Source: an uncultured Halobacteriales archaeon (GTDB lineage: Archaea > Thermoplasmatota > E2 > JACPAO01 > JAHFTW01). Taken from it: a stretch of DNA of 64,000 bases. This document shows, piece after piece, positions 29,028 to 38,159 of this stretch. Every line of letters begins with the position of its first letter. Positions within the stretch are counted from its first letter, which is position 1. Position numbers and translations under genes: made by a program. A model generated the notes under the pieces. The model had not been told where the DNA came from. It made no database searches and saw only the letters and a list, made by a program, of their open reading frames with translations. Location: contig CAZXUC010000010.1 in assembly GCA_964643795.1 (NCBI GenBank), forward strand, positions 13,748-77,747, written 5' to 3'.

Positions 29028-29426
29028 ATGAAGATCGACATCGGCGCGGAAGGCAAGATCCTCGGCACGAAGAAGGTCAGCCCGAACGGGCAGGTCTCCG
29101 GCCTCTCCGAGTACGCTGGCGAGGAGGTCCTCATCATCTACCCTGGTCCGCGTGAGCCGCGCATCCGCATGGACGCAAAGGACTACGTGCACGAAGTCGA
29201 GAAGGCCGTGCACAACCAGATGAAGTCGGCCTTCCAGCAATACAAGGCGCTCAAGTCGCGCTACAAGGACGAAGCCGCCGCGACTTCGGAGTTCATCAAG
29301 ACGAAGAGCCCGCAGACGTTCCAGGGGCTCATCGAGAACGTCGACTCTTGGGTCAAGACCCAGGTCGGCAAGGCGGAGAAGAAGGTCGCCGCCCGGCTTG
29401 GCGAAGACGACGAGCCTGAGGCCTAG
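29028..29426 (+). CDS. Hypothetical protein with AbrB/DUF2080-like N-terminus and helical C-terminus
   Basis: KKVSPNGQVSGLSEYAGEEVLII; TTTATA upstream; strong GC3. Confidence 0.75.
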   Translation: MKIDIGAEGKILGTKKVSPNGQVSGLSEYAGEEVLIIYPGPREPRIRMDAKDYVHEVEKAVHNQMKSAFQQYKALKSRYKDEAAATSEFIKTKSPQTFQGLIENVDSWVKTQVGKAEKKVAARLGEDDEPEA

Positions 29427-29476
29427 GGCCCGGCTTCATCCCTCCAATTTATCACGCCGGCCGAAATCGGCTGGGC

Positions 29477-30556
29477 ATGGACATTGCCGGCAGCATGCTC
29501 GATCTCGTGGGCAACACGCCGATGGTGTACTTGGACCGCCTGCACCATCCGAAGGGTGCCCGCGTCGCAGCAAAAATGGAGATGTTCAACCCCGGCGCCT
29601 CCGTCAAGGACCGCATCGCCCTCCCAATGATTCGCGCCGGCGAGAAGGCGGGCCTCCTCAAGCCAGGGGGGACAATCGTTGAGCCCACGAGCGGGAACAC
29701 CGGACTCGGCCTCGCGATGGCAGCGTCTCTGCTGGGGTACAAGATGATCTGCACGGCCGCGGACAAGATTACGACGGAGAAGGTCCGCCTCTTGCAGGCC
29801 TTCGGCGCCGAGGTCATCACGTGCCCCACGAACGTGGACGCCGACGACCCGCGCTCGTACTACAAGGTCGCCGAGCGCATCCGTGACGAGCAAGGCGCTT
29901 ACCTGCCGTACCAATACTACAACAAGGCCAACCCTGAGGCTCACCTCGCCACGACGGGACCGGAAATCTGGGACCAGACGGACGGGGCAATCACCCACTT
30001 CGTCGCTGGAATGGGTACGGGCGGAACAATTTCTGGCACTGGGCGCTATCTCCATCAGGCGGCGAAAAAGGCCAAGAGCAAACTCACCGTCGTCGGCGTT
30101 GACACCGTCGGCTCCGTCTACACGCATTACCACAAGCACCGAAAGTTCCCCAAGGACATCCACCAGTACCTCATCGACGGCATCGGCGAGGACTTCATGC
30201 CGACGACGGTGTGGTGGGACGAGATTGACGAGGTCATGCAAGTCACGGATGAGGATGCGTACCTGATGCAGGCGCGCATGGCGAGAGAGGAATCAATCCT
30301 GTCGGGCTCGTCGGCGGGGGCCGCCGTGCATGCCGCCGTTGAACTCGCTGCGACGCTGCCGAAGTCGGCGTTGGTCGTGACCCTCCTGCCGGACACAGGC
30401 GAACGTTACCTTTCGAAGTTCAACGTCGAATGGATGGAGTCCAAGGGCTTGACGAAGGCGCCGGCATATCTGCGCAAAGCCCAGAAAACGTCTCGACGGA
30501 TGGAAGCGCCCCGTACCGCTGCATCGTCGCCCAAACGTAGTTCCCGGGGGCGTTAG
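29477..30556 (+). CDS. PLP-dependent cystathionine beta-synthase/cysteine synthase
   Basis: NPGASVKDRIA, EPTSGNTG, GMGTGGT, DGIG, PDTGERYLSK. Confidence 0.93.
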   Translation: MDIAGSMLDLVGNTPMVYLDRLHHPKGARVAAKMEMFNPGASVKDRIALPMIRAGEKAGLLKPGGTIVEPTSGNTGLGLAMAASLLGYKMICTAADKITTEKVRLLQAFGAEVITCPTNVDADDPRSYYKVAERIRDEQGAYLPYQYYNKANPEAHLATTGPEIWDQTDGAITHFVAGMGTGGTISGTGRYLHQAAKKAKSKLTVVGVDTVGSVYTHYHKHRKFPKDIHQYLIDGIGEDFMPTTVWWDEIDEVMQVTDEDAYLMQARMAREESILSGSSAGAAVHAAVELAATLPKSALVVTLLPDTGERYLSKFNVEWMESKGLTKAPAYLRKAQKTSRRMEAPRTAASSPKRSSRGR

Positions 30557-31723
30557 ATGGCCAAGCTGCATGCCAAGGATGGCCTTGGCACGAAGTGCGT
30601 CCATGCGGGCGTCCATCCCGACCCAATCCACGGCGCCGTCAATCCGGCCATCCAACTCTCCACCACGTTTGTCCAACCCGCGCCCGCACAACCGCTAACC
30701 TTCGACTATTCACGCGCCGGCAACCCAACGCGCGAAGCCCTCGAAGAAGCCATCGCGGTCCTCGAACATGGCGCGACCGGACATGCGTTTGCCTCCGGAC
30801 TATCGGCGCTCGATGCGCTGCTGCGGACTCTCAGCGCCGGCGACCATGTCGTGGCCGCGGAGGATGCCTACGGCGGCTCCATCCGCCTGCTCAACCAGGT
30901 GTGCGCGCGTCAAGGCATCACGACGACATTCACCGACACGCAGGACCCCGCCAAGACGGCGGCCGCCATGACGAAGAAGACCAAGATGGTCCTGCTCGAA
31001 ACGCCGACCAATCCCTTGCTCCGCATCTCGGACATCAAGGTGAATGCGCAGGTCGCCCACGACGGCAAAGCCATGCTCGTCGTGGACAACACGTTCATGT
31101 CGCCCATCTTGCAGAACCCACTCGACCTCGGAGCCGACGCCGTGTTCCACTCCGCCACGAAATACATCGGGGGCCACTCGGACGTCTTGGCGGGACTCGT
31201 GGTGTGTAAGACGAAGGCCCTCGGTGAACGCATCAAGTTCCTGCAATTGGCCGTCGGCGCCGTCTGTCCGCCCTTCGATTCGTACCTACTGCTCCGCGGA
31301 CTCAAGACGATGCATCTTCGCGTCGAGCGTGCAAGCGAAACGGCAGCAACACTGGCCGCACACCTCTCGAAGCACAAGTCCGTCGGGAAGGTCTACTATC
31401 CCGGCCTAGCCAAGCACCCGAACCACAAGGTCCACGCCAAGCAGGCTCGCAGCGGCGGCGCAATGCTGAGTTTCACGTTGGGCTCGCTGGCCGAGGCACG
31501 CGCATGCGTCACGGGGACCCGACTCTGGCAGTTGGCTGAATCCCTCGGCGCCGTGGAGTCTCTCATCCAGCTTCCGGCCTTGATGACCCATGCTTCTGTC
31601 CCTGCCGCGATGCGCAAACGTACCGGGCTGCAGGATGGCCTCATCCGCATCAGCGTCGGCGTCGAAGACGCCGGCGATTTATGGCAAGATCTTCGGCAGG
31701 CAATGGAGACGGCAGCGAAATAG
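30557..31723 (+). CDS. Cystathionine gamma-lyase/synthase
   Basis: YSRAGNPT, ETPTNP, VDNTF, HSATKYIGGHSD, AESLG. Confidence 0.93.
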   Translation: MAKLHAKDGLGTKCVHAGVHPDPIHGAVNPAIQLSTTFVQPAPAQPLTFDYSRAGNPTREALEEAIAVLEHGATGHAFASGLSALDALLRTLSAGDHVVAAEDAYGGSIRLLNQVCARQGITTTFTDTQDPAKTAAAMTKKTKMVLLETPTNPLLRISDIKVNAQVAHDGKAMLVVDNTFMSPILQNPLDLGADAVFHSATKYIGGHSDVLAGLVVCKTKALGERIKFLQLAVGAVCPPFDSYLLLRGLKTMHLRVERASETAATLAAHLSKHKSVGKVYYPGLAKHPNHKVHAKQARSGGAMLSFTLGSLAEARACVTGTRLWQLAESLGAVESLIQLPALMTHASVPAAMRKRTGLQDGLIRISVGVEDAGDLWQDLRQAMETAAK

Positions 31724-32228
31724 CGCGCCGGTGGACGGCGCTGGTGGACGCCGCGAACGCGTACACAATTTCTCGCGGCTTGGATGTGTGCGCCACGAGC
31801 TTCAAGAGGTCGTGCCGTGAGACGACGCCGACCGGCTTGTCCTTCTCCAGCACGACGAGGTGCAACACGTCATGACGGAGCATGAGGTCGATGGCGCGTT
31901 CGACCTGGTCGTTTGGTCTCAAGTTCGCCGGCAGGAGACGCATCGCTGCGCTCGCTGGCATGGCCCGGCTCTCCTGGTACAGGGCAGCGAGGTCGTTGCG
32001 CAGGATGGACTTGCCGAAGACGCGCGGTGACCGGTCCGGGTCGAAGGGGTTCCCGGGAAGCCGGGGCGTGAAGTCACGCTCCGTCACGATGCCGGCGGCC
32101 TTGCCGCGCCGGTCCACGACGACCACGCACCCGATCTTTTCGGCGAGCAGGGTACGGGCGACGTTCTCCATGCAAGTATCGAGGTCCACGACGACGACGG
32201 GCCTACTCATGATCTCTTTGACGAGCAT
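31650..32228 (-). CDS. CBS-pair domain protein
   Basis: VKEIMSRPVV, GIVTERD, VGVVSRHDLL. Confidence 0.85.
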   Translation of the reverse strand: MLVKEIMSRPVVVVDLDTCMENVARTLLAEKIGCVVVVDRRGKAAGIVTERDFTPRLPGNPFDPDRSPRVFGKSILRNDLAALYQESRAMPASAAMRLLPANLRPNDQVERAIDLMLRHDVLHLVVLEKDKPVGVVSRHDLLKLVAHTSKPREIVYAFAASTSAVHRRAISLPSPLPAEDLAINRRRLRRRR

Positions 32229-32294
32229 GGGATTCAGTCCCGTCACGCGCACCGAACCTGGAATACACTGTGGTTGGGGCAAACGGGCCCGCGC

Positions 32295-33461
32295 CTACCG
32301 CGTTTGCAGGGCAAGGCAAGCCTGCCACGCCGCGCCTTTGATGTCCACGCGCCGGACGCGGACCTTGCCGGTCGCCGGGTCGCGCAGGTCGTCGAAGCGC
32401 AGCGGCTCGATGCGTCCGTCCCGCATGCTGATGACGGCATTGCCGGAACCGCTTGCCAGGAACTCGACGGCCCCCGCCCCGAGAGTTCTCGTGTACTGTA
32501 CATCGAAGGCGACCGGGTCGGCGCAGCGCAGTTCGTACCCGATGATCTTCGTGATGAAGCCAACCTCGAGGTTCCGCTTCTTCAATTGCGGTGCAAGCGC
32601 GTCACGCACAATGCGGCCGAGGTCGATCTCGGACATGCGCGGGTTCCCGTGCTCATCTAGTTCGAGTGCCCCAACGGCGCTCTTGAGTTCTGCGGCATCG
32701 AGCCGGTCGAGGAGGCCCTCCGCCAGGACGGCGAGGCCCCAGTCATGGCCAGCCTCGCGGCGCTTGACGATCGCGGCCTCGACGATGCGGGCGATGTCGG
32801 AGAGCCTGACGGGGCCCGCCGGGAATTCTTCCGCGATGATGCAAAGCTCTGCACCAGAACCCACAGCGAGGCCGACCGAGAGGTGGCCGGCGCTGCGGCC
32901 CATGGCCGTCACGAGGTACCAACGTCCCGTCGTCTGCGCGTCGACGCGAAGATTGCGGCACAACTGCGCGCCGAGTTCCTTAGCGGTCTCGAATCCGAAC
33001 GTCGGCGCTTCGCCGGGCAGCGGGAGGTCGTTGTCGATGGTCTTGGGGACGTGGGCGACGCGCACAGCGCCACCCATGGCAGCGGCAGCTTTCATCGCGG
33101 AGGTGGCGGTGTCGTCGCCGCCGACGGAGACCAGGTCCGTGATGCCGAGTTTGCGCAGCGTCTCCGCCACCCGGGCGAGGTCTTCAGGCTTCTTCGTGGG
33201 ATTGGCGCGACTGGTGAGAAGGATGGATCCGCCGCGACCTTCGATGCCAACCACGTCGGCTTCCGTCAGGTCTCGGCACTTGGAGACGTCGCCCTTCATG
33301 AGCTGCGAGTAGCCCTTGGGAATGCCGACGACCCGCCAACCGCGGCGCCGCGCGGCGATGGTGACGGAATTGATGACGCCATTCAAGCCGGGGGCTGGGC
33401 CGCCGCCGTTCAGGATGCCGACGACCCGCGTCGGAGTGCCGCTTGCCCAACCGGAGGACAT
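32295..33461 (-). CDS. pfp: Pyrophosphate-dependent 6-phosphofructokinase (PfkA family)
   Basis: GGGPAPGLN, GGDD(T), PKTIDND, MGR, LAEG, IGYELR; GGDD plus PKTIDND is the PPi-type signature. Confidence 0.88.
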   Translation of the reverse strand: MSSGWASGTPTRVVGILNGGGPAPGLNGVINSVTIAARRRGWRVVGIPKGYSQLMKGDVSKCRDLTEADVVGIEGRGGSILLTSRANPTKKPEDLARVAETLRKLGITDLVSVGGDDTATSAMKAAAAMGGAVRVAHVPKTIDNDLPLPGEAPTFGFETAKELGAQLCRNLRVDAQTTGRWYLVTAMGRSAGHLSVGLAVGSGAELCIIAEEFPAGPVRLSDIARIVEAAIVKRREAGHDWGLAVLAEGLLDRLDAAELKSAVGALELDEHGNPRMSEIDLGRIVRDALAPQLKKRNLEVGFITKIIGYELRCADPVAFDVQYTRTLGAGAVEFLASGSGNAVISMRDGRIEPLRFDDLRDPATGKVRVRRVDIKGAAWQACLALQTR

Positions 33462-33533
33462 GGTGACGGCCAGCAGGGCGATGGGGAAAGCCGTTTCGAG
33501 GGGGAACTGGCGCGGCAAGCTCGAAGCCTCTGT

Positions 33534-34160
33534 CACATGGCTTACCGCAGTTCGCCGGCGGCGTCGTCCACGGGTTTCAGGTTGACACTGCGGCCGTGGT
33601 GTGGGAGGCCTGGGATTGCACGGATTTCCACAGAATCTTGACTTCGATCTGGCATGAGGACCATTTCGTATCCCTGGTGTCTGTGAAATCACCCTGCTCC
33701 CTTTCTTCACGCGGAACGCGCGGAAAACGCGGAAACGTGGTGCCGCGAGTATTCGCGACCTCCGCGTGAAGCGATGCACGGCGCCGCCATCATCGCCAAC
33801 ACGATTGAGCCTCTCGCGGCCGCCTACGCCCTGTCGCAGAACGCGCAGAAACCGCAGAACCCCGGTTCTGTGTGTTCTGCGATTTCTGCGACCGGTCGGG
33901 CAGGTTCTGCGACCGGTCGGTGCGCGAATCCTCCGCGGCCTCCGACGTCGCAAGCGGAAGTCGGGTCCCGTCGCAGACTGATTCGAGCCCGGCGCGCGCT
34001 TGGACTACCGCATTGCTGGTGCGCGTGGAAGGGCACCGCGCCGTTTCCACAGATTTCGCAGATGCCACAGATCCTGAGCCCTCGCTTCGATTCAACTTCT
34101 GCGAAATCTGTGTCATCTGCGGAAAAGGTAGCGCGCGTAATCTGCGGCATCTGTGGAAAA
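33534..34160. repeat. Mosaic of repeat families B (33534), A (33599-33690), D (33705-33771), E (33833-33913) and F (34044-34160)
   Basis: Each module matches copies elsewhere in the window. Confidence 0.88.
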
Positions 34161-34169
34161 GTGGAAAGC

Positions 34170-34526
34170 TCAAGCGCCGGGGACCTTGCCCGCCTTCTTC
34201 GCAAGCTCCTGAATCTTCTTGCTGCGCGCCTTTGTGTCGTAGCCCGTCACGGCTTCAAGGAATTCGTTCCAGCGGCGTTGCGTGTCCATAGCAACCTGCA
34301 GGGCGGCCTTGTCGCCAGCCGCGACTTTTTGCGCGAATGACTTGTCCGTGACGGTATCGACGATGAGCTCCTTCTTGCCTTGGAATTTCGCCTTGATCGT
34401 CGGCATGGAACCGAAGCTGCCACTCGTCCATTCGCCGTCGGTCTTGTGCGCGTCGAAGCAAGCGTCGAAGACCATGCCGAAGTCGACCTTCGCGGCGTGG
34501 CCGGGCTTGACCGGGTAGGTCTGCAT
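34170..34526 (-). CDS. DUF5611-like archaeal protein
   Basis: MQTYPVKPGH...RRWNEFLEAVTGYDTKARSKK. Confidence 0.8.
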   Translation of the reverse strand: MQTYPVKPGHAAKVDFGMVFDACFDAHKTDGEWTSGSFGSMPTIKAKFQGKKELIVDTVTDKSFAQKVAAGDKAALQVAMDTQRRWNEFLEAVTGYDTKARSKKIQELAKKAGKVPGA

Positions 34527-34551
34527 CGGGTGGGTCAAGGGCCGGGCTGGT

Positions 34552-35301
34552 TTAGCCGTTGTGCGCCGCGGAGTCGCGCCGAGGCGGGCCCAAATGCTCG
34601 ACGAGACCCGCCGGGTTGGCCACGCTGATGTCCGCATCCACGCTCGCGCCGCCCCCGTGCGTGACCCACGCGGTCCGCATGCCGAGGGCCTTCGCGGGGG
34701 TGATGTCGAAATCGAGGGAATCCCCCACCATAAGGGCCTCCTCGGGAGCGACCCCCAAACGCTTCAGCACTTCGTGGAACGCCTCGGCATCAGGCTTCCA
34801 GTGCCCAAGTTCTCCTGAGATTCCCACGAAGTCGACCTCGCCAACCAATCCAAAGGTCTCCACCTTCGGCCTCTGCACGTGGGCGGGGCCATTCGTGAGC
34901 AGGGCCGTGCGTCGGCCAGCGCGAGCCGCGCGCAGGGCGGCGAGGGCGCCGGGGAGGAGCGCCAAGCGTTTGGCTGACTCCAGTTTGAAGGCGCCAGCCA
35001 GGACTTCGACCGGGAGTCGGTCGGCGAGCCCGACGCGTTCGATCAAGAGGCGCAGGCGGTCGTGGATGTACCACCACTGCCGATTGACGCGGAACGCGCG
35101 GAAGTTCTCCTCCATGATTTCGGCGTATGTCGCCTCGGCCATCGGCGCGGCGCAGTCGAGCGGGACCAGGTGTGCTTGCACGATTGCGCGCATCGCGCCG
35201 GCCTCGGCCTGCCGCCAATTGATGAGCGTGTCATCGAGGTCGAAAATGACGGCGCGCACAGCCGCGACATCAGCAAGTCCGCGCGCCATGGTTCGAACCA
35301 T
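34552..35301 (-). CDS. HAD-superfamily hydrolase
   Basis: FDLDDTL, LLTNG, KPD, MVGDSLDFDI. Confidence 0.92.
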   Translation of the reverse strand: MVRTMARGLADVAAVRAVIFDLDDTLINWRQAEAGAMRAIVQAHLVPLDCAAPMAEATYAEIMEENFRAFRVNRQWWYIHDRLRLLIERVGLADRLPVEVLAGAFKLESAKRLALLPGALAALRAARAGRRTALLTNGPAHVQRPKVETFGLVGEVDFVGISGELGHWKPDAEAFHEVLKRLGVAPEEALMVGDSLDFDITPAKALGMRTAWVTHGGGASVDADISVANPAGLVEHLGPPRRDSAAHNG

Positions 35302-35328
35302 GCACCAAGCTCCCTAAATAGCGCGACG

Positions 35329-35538
35329 ATGCGAGTCCTTCTCATGGTCTTCCTGCTTCGCGTCGCCTCGGCGCTGGTATTCGCCTCCGGCCTTGGCGCC
35401 TTGCGCGTTTCTGTGCACCTGCAATCCTACGCGCTTCTTGCCTTCGGCCTGCTCGCCGCGACCGCCGGCCTCGCTTGGTTGGTCCTCGGCGGCGGGATGC
35501 GGCTGCGGCCCGGGCTGAAGTCGCCCACGGTCCCTTAA
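35329..35538 (+). CDS. Small membrane protein
   Basis: Two hydrophobic helices; TAAATA upstream. Confidence 0.5.
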   Translation: MRVLLMVFLLRVASALVFASGLGALRVSVHLQSYALLAFGLLAATAGLAWLVLGGGMRLRPGLKSPTVP

Positions 35539-36947
35539 GCGATGAACGGCCGCGGCACGAAGCACAACGCGAACACGATGAGCACGACTGCCGCCATGAC
35601 CTTGCGCCTGGTGCCGAGCCCCGTCCGGTCGTTGAGCGGCGGCGGATGTTGGATTCCGAGCAGGAGGACGAAGAAGAGCAACAGCATCCAACCCTCGAAC
35701 CTGAGGGCGGAGTACACCATGACGCCGAGTGCTGCGTAGGCGACGTACCGCATCTTGTCGCCGAAGACGGCGCGGGCAACGTGGCCCCCGTCGAGTTGGC
35801 CGATGGGAAGCAAGTTGATGGCCGTGACCAGCAGGCCGACCCAGCCCGCGAAGAAGGTCGGGTGGGCAAGGAACTCGTCACCCTTGAACATCGGGACCTG
35901 GTGTAAGGCCTTCACGAGCAGGGGGTCGCCGAAACTCACGAGCGAATCCTCCCACGTGACGACGAGGCGGACCTTTTCGGCGTCGTCCGGAATCGCGATG
36001 GTCCTGCGTTCAGATTCTCCACCCGCGAGCGACGATGTGAATGAGTCGCGTCGTTCGGTGCCGTTTGCCAGCGTGATGCGGGCCGATGCCTCGTAGGACC
36101 ACTTGCCTTTTCCTTCGAAGTCCAGTGGCGCCGTGACTGCGAAGCTTGTGATGCCCGCAGACGCGTCCTGCACGAGCAGTACCGCCTTTCCCGGCGTGCC
36201 TTCGTCGAGCATGAACGCCCGGTCGGCCTCCAGCAGCGGTCGGTCAAGATCCGGTATCGGGTGCGCCACGGTGACGGTGAGCCAGGCGCCAAGCAGGATG
36301 ACTGGGAGGGCTACCAGGAAGCCTGCGATCGGCCCGGACGCGCCAACGTCGAAGAGCGCCTTGCGGTCGGGCAACGGGTCCTTCATGCTGATGAACGCAC
36401 CCAACGTCCCGATTGGCGGCGAAAGAATCGGCGGGAACGGCAAGAAGAACGGCAGCGTCGCGCGCAGGCCGTGGCGACGTGCGGCCAAGTAGTGGGCGGT
36501 CTCGTGAATCCCCAGGATGAGCAGCAGGGGCAGCGCGAACGCGACGAAGCCCCAAAAGAGATGCGTGGGTGACCAGAAGATGGACCAATCCCACGACTTC
36601 TCGGCGTCCTGGTAGCCATGCCAGTGCAGCGCGCCAGTCGTCACAGTGGTGGCGAGCGTCAGCACCAGGAGGACAAGGTGCAACCGCGCGCGCCTCGGCG
36701 TCGCGGGCGGCCGTCGCGCGACGTACAGCACGTCCTCGCCGCCATCGCGGCGCACGAAGGCAATCGACTCCGGATCGACCGTGCGTAGGTCGCGGCGCAG
36801 CGCCTCGAACCGAGCATCGAACTCGCCCGGCGCGAACATGAGGTAGAACAGCCGGGCGGCAACCTCGCCGCGCACGCGCTCCTCGCGAGCATCATAGACG
36901 CGGAAATGCCGCGCGACGAGGCGACGCATCTCCGCAAGGTCCTGCAC
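35535..36947 (-). CDS. Site-2 protease (M50 family)
   Basis: HETAH, GTLGAFI, DVGASGP, NLLPIGQLDGGH. Confidence 0.93.
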   Translation of the reverse strand: MQDLAEMRRLVARHFRVYDAREERVRGEVAARLFYLMFAPGEFDARFEALRRDLRTVDPESIAFVRRDGGEDVLYVARRPPATPRRARLHLVLLVLTLATTVTTGALHWHGYQDAEKSWDWSIFWSPTHLFWGFVAFALPLLLILGIHETAHYLAARRHGLRATLPFFLPFPPILSPPIGTLGAFISMKDPLPDRKALFDVGASGPIAGFLVALPVILLGAWLTVTVAHPIPDLDRPLLEADRAFMLDEGTPGKAVLLVQDASAGITSFAVTAPLDFEGKGKWSYEASARITLANGTERRDSFTSSLAGGESERRTIAIPDDAEKVRLVVTWEDSLVSFGDPLLVKALHQVPMFKGDEFLAHPTFFAGWVGLLVTAINLLPIGQLDGGHVARAVFGDKMRYVAYAALGVMVYSALRFEGWMLLLFFVLLLGIQHPPPLNDRTGLGTRRKVMAAVVLIVFALCFVPRPFIA

Positions 36948-36968
36948 GCAGCAAGGCAGCGAGCGGAC

Positions 36969-38159
36969 CTACTTTAGCGCGGTGGCCGGGGCCTCGCCAA
37001 GGATGCGCTGCGCCGCCGCGGCGACGCGGTCGCGGTCCGCCTTCGGCGCGAAGACCCACCAACGCCAATGGTCCATGCGCGCATCGCCCAGCACCCGCAC
37101 CAACCGGCTAGCATCGGCAAGCGGATGCAAGGTCCCGTCCGAGGTCTTGACTTGTGCCCCCGCTTCGCGGAAGCGGGGTGGATGCGGCACGTCGACGAGG
37201 ACGTGATGGATTGGTACGTCGGCCGCCTGTGCGACCTCAGTGGCGAAGGTCGCCCGCGCCTTCGGGTCCTTGCGCAGGCGGCGCAAGACGTCGGAGTCCG
37301 AGTCACGGCCCTCGTAGGCCCGCTTGTACAGGCGACGCTCGTCAAGCCGTTGCGCGAAGTCGGCTGCGACGCCGCCTTCGCGCCTGATGCGCCCCATGAG
37401 TCCATCGTCGGTCTCGCGTTCAAGGTCCTTCAGTTCGGCGTGACCGTCCGCGACGTGGGCCCGGATGGCCGCGAGGAGCATTGCTTCGCTGGCGCGCACG
37501 GTGTGGTGGAGATAGACGGCAGGATACATCAGGAACCGCATGGTGAGGAAGGCCTCCGCCGCGAGGATTCCGGACTCCTGGATGACGAGGCCGTGCTCGG
37601 CGTCGTAGTCAAGCACCTGGGTGAGCCGATCGACATCGACGCTCGAGCGGACTCCCGTGTAGTGGGCATCACGCAAGAGGTAGTCCATGCGGTCCGCATC
37701 GATGGCGCCGGAGACCAGTGGCGCCACCGGCCCGCGACCTAGCACTGCCTCCCCAATCGCGACCGGGTCGAGGCCGCCTTGGCGCAGCAGGTCCGCAAGC
37801 GGACCCCAACGCACGAGGTCGACCGTGGTCTCCTCGTGGCGGCGACCTTGCTCCTTGAGCAGTTCTTCGAAGGCGTGACTGAAGGGTCCATGGCCCACGT
37901 CGTGCAGCAGGGCGGCGGCCCGCACGGTGCGCGCCGCGTCGGCGTCGAGCTTCAAGGTCTGTGCGAGGCACCCCGCGAGGTGGTGGGCGCCGAGGCTATG
38001 CTCGAAGCGCTTGTGGTGGGCGCCGGGGTAGACGAGGTGCGCGGTGCCGAGTTGCTGGACTCGCCGTAGGCGCTGGAACACCGGCGCCTCGACGAGTGGG
38101 ACCGCCCAAGGATCGATGGTAATCGTGCCGTGGATCGGGTCGCGGATGGCCGCTAACAC
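36969..38159 (-). CDS. HD-domain phosphohydrolase (dNTPase-like)
   Basis: IRDPIHG, FQRLRRVQQLG, RFEHSLG, LHDVGHGPFSH, DADRMDYL. Confidence 0.93.
   Translation of the reverse strand: MLAAIRDPIHGTITIDPWAVPLVEAPVFQRLRRVQQLGTAHLVYPGAHHKRFEHSLGAHHLAGCLAQTLKLDADAARTVRAAALLHDVGHGPFSHAFEELLKEQGRRHEETTVDLVRWGPLADLLRQGGLDPVAIGEAVLGRGPVAPLVSGAIDADRMDYLLRDAHYTGVRSSVDVDRLTQVLDYDAEHGLVIQESGILAAEAFLTMRFLMYPAVYLHHTVRASEAMLLAAIRAHVADGHAELKDLERETDDGLMGRIRREGGVAADFAQRLDERRLYKRAYEGRDSDSDVLRRLRKDPKARATFATEVAQAADVPIHHVLVDVPHPPRFREAGAQVKTSDGTLHPLADASRLVRVLGDARMDHWRWWVFAPKADRDRVAAAAQRILGEAPATALK

Noticed and set aside
33462-33953. N-terminal extension of the PFK ORF
   Set aside because: It reads through the repeat mosaic (FRVFRAFRV etc.); 9-nt repeats keep frames open artificially. 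The same applies to 13023-13283 and 6-287.
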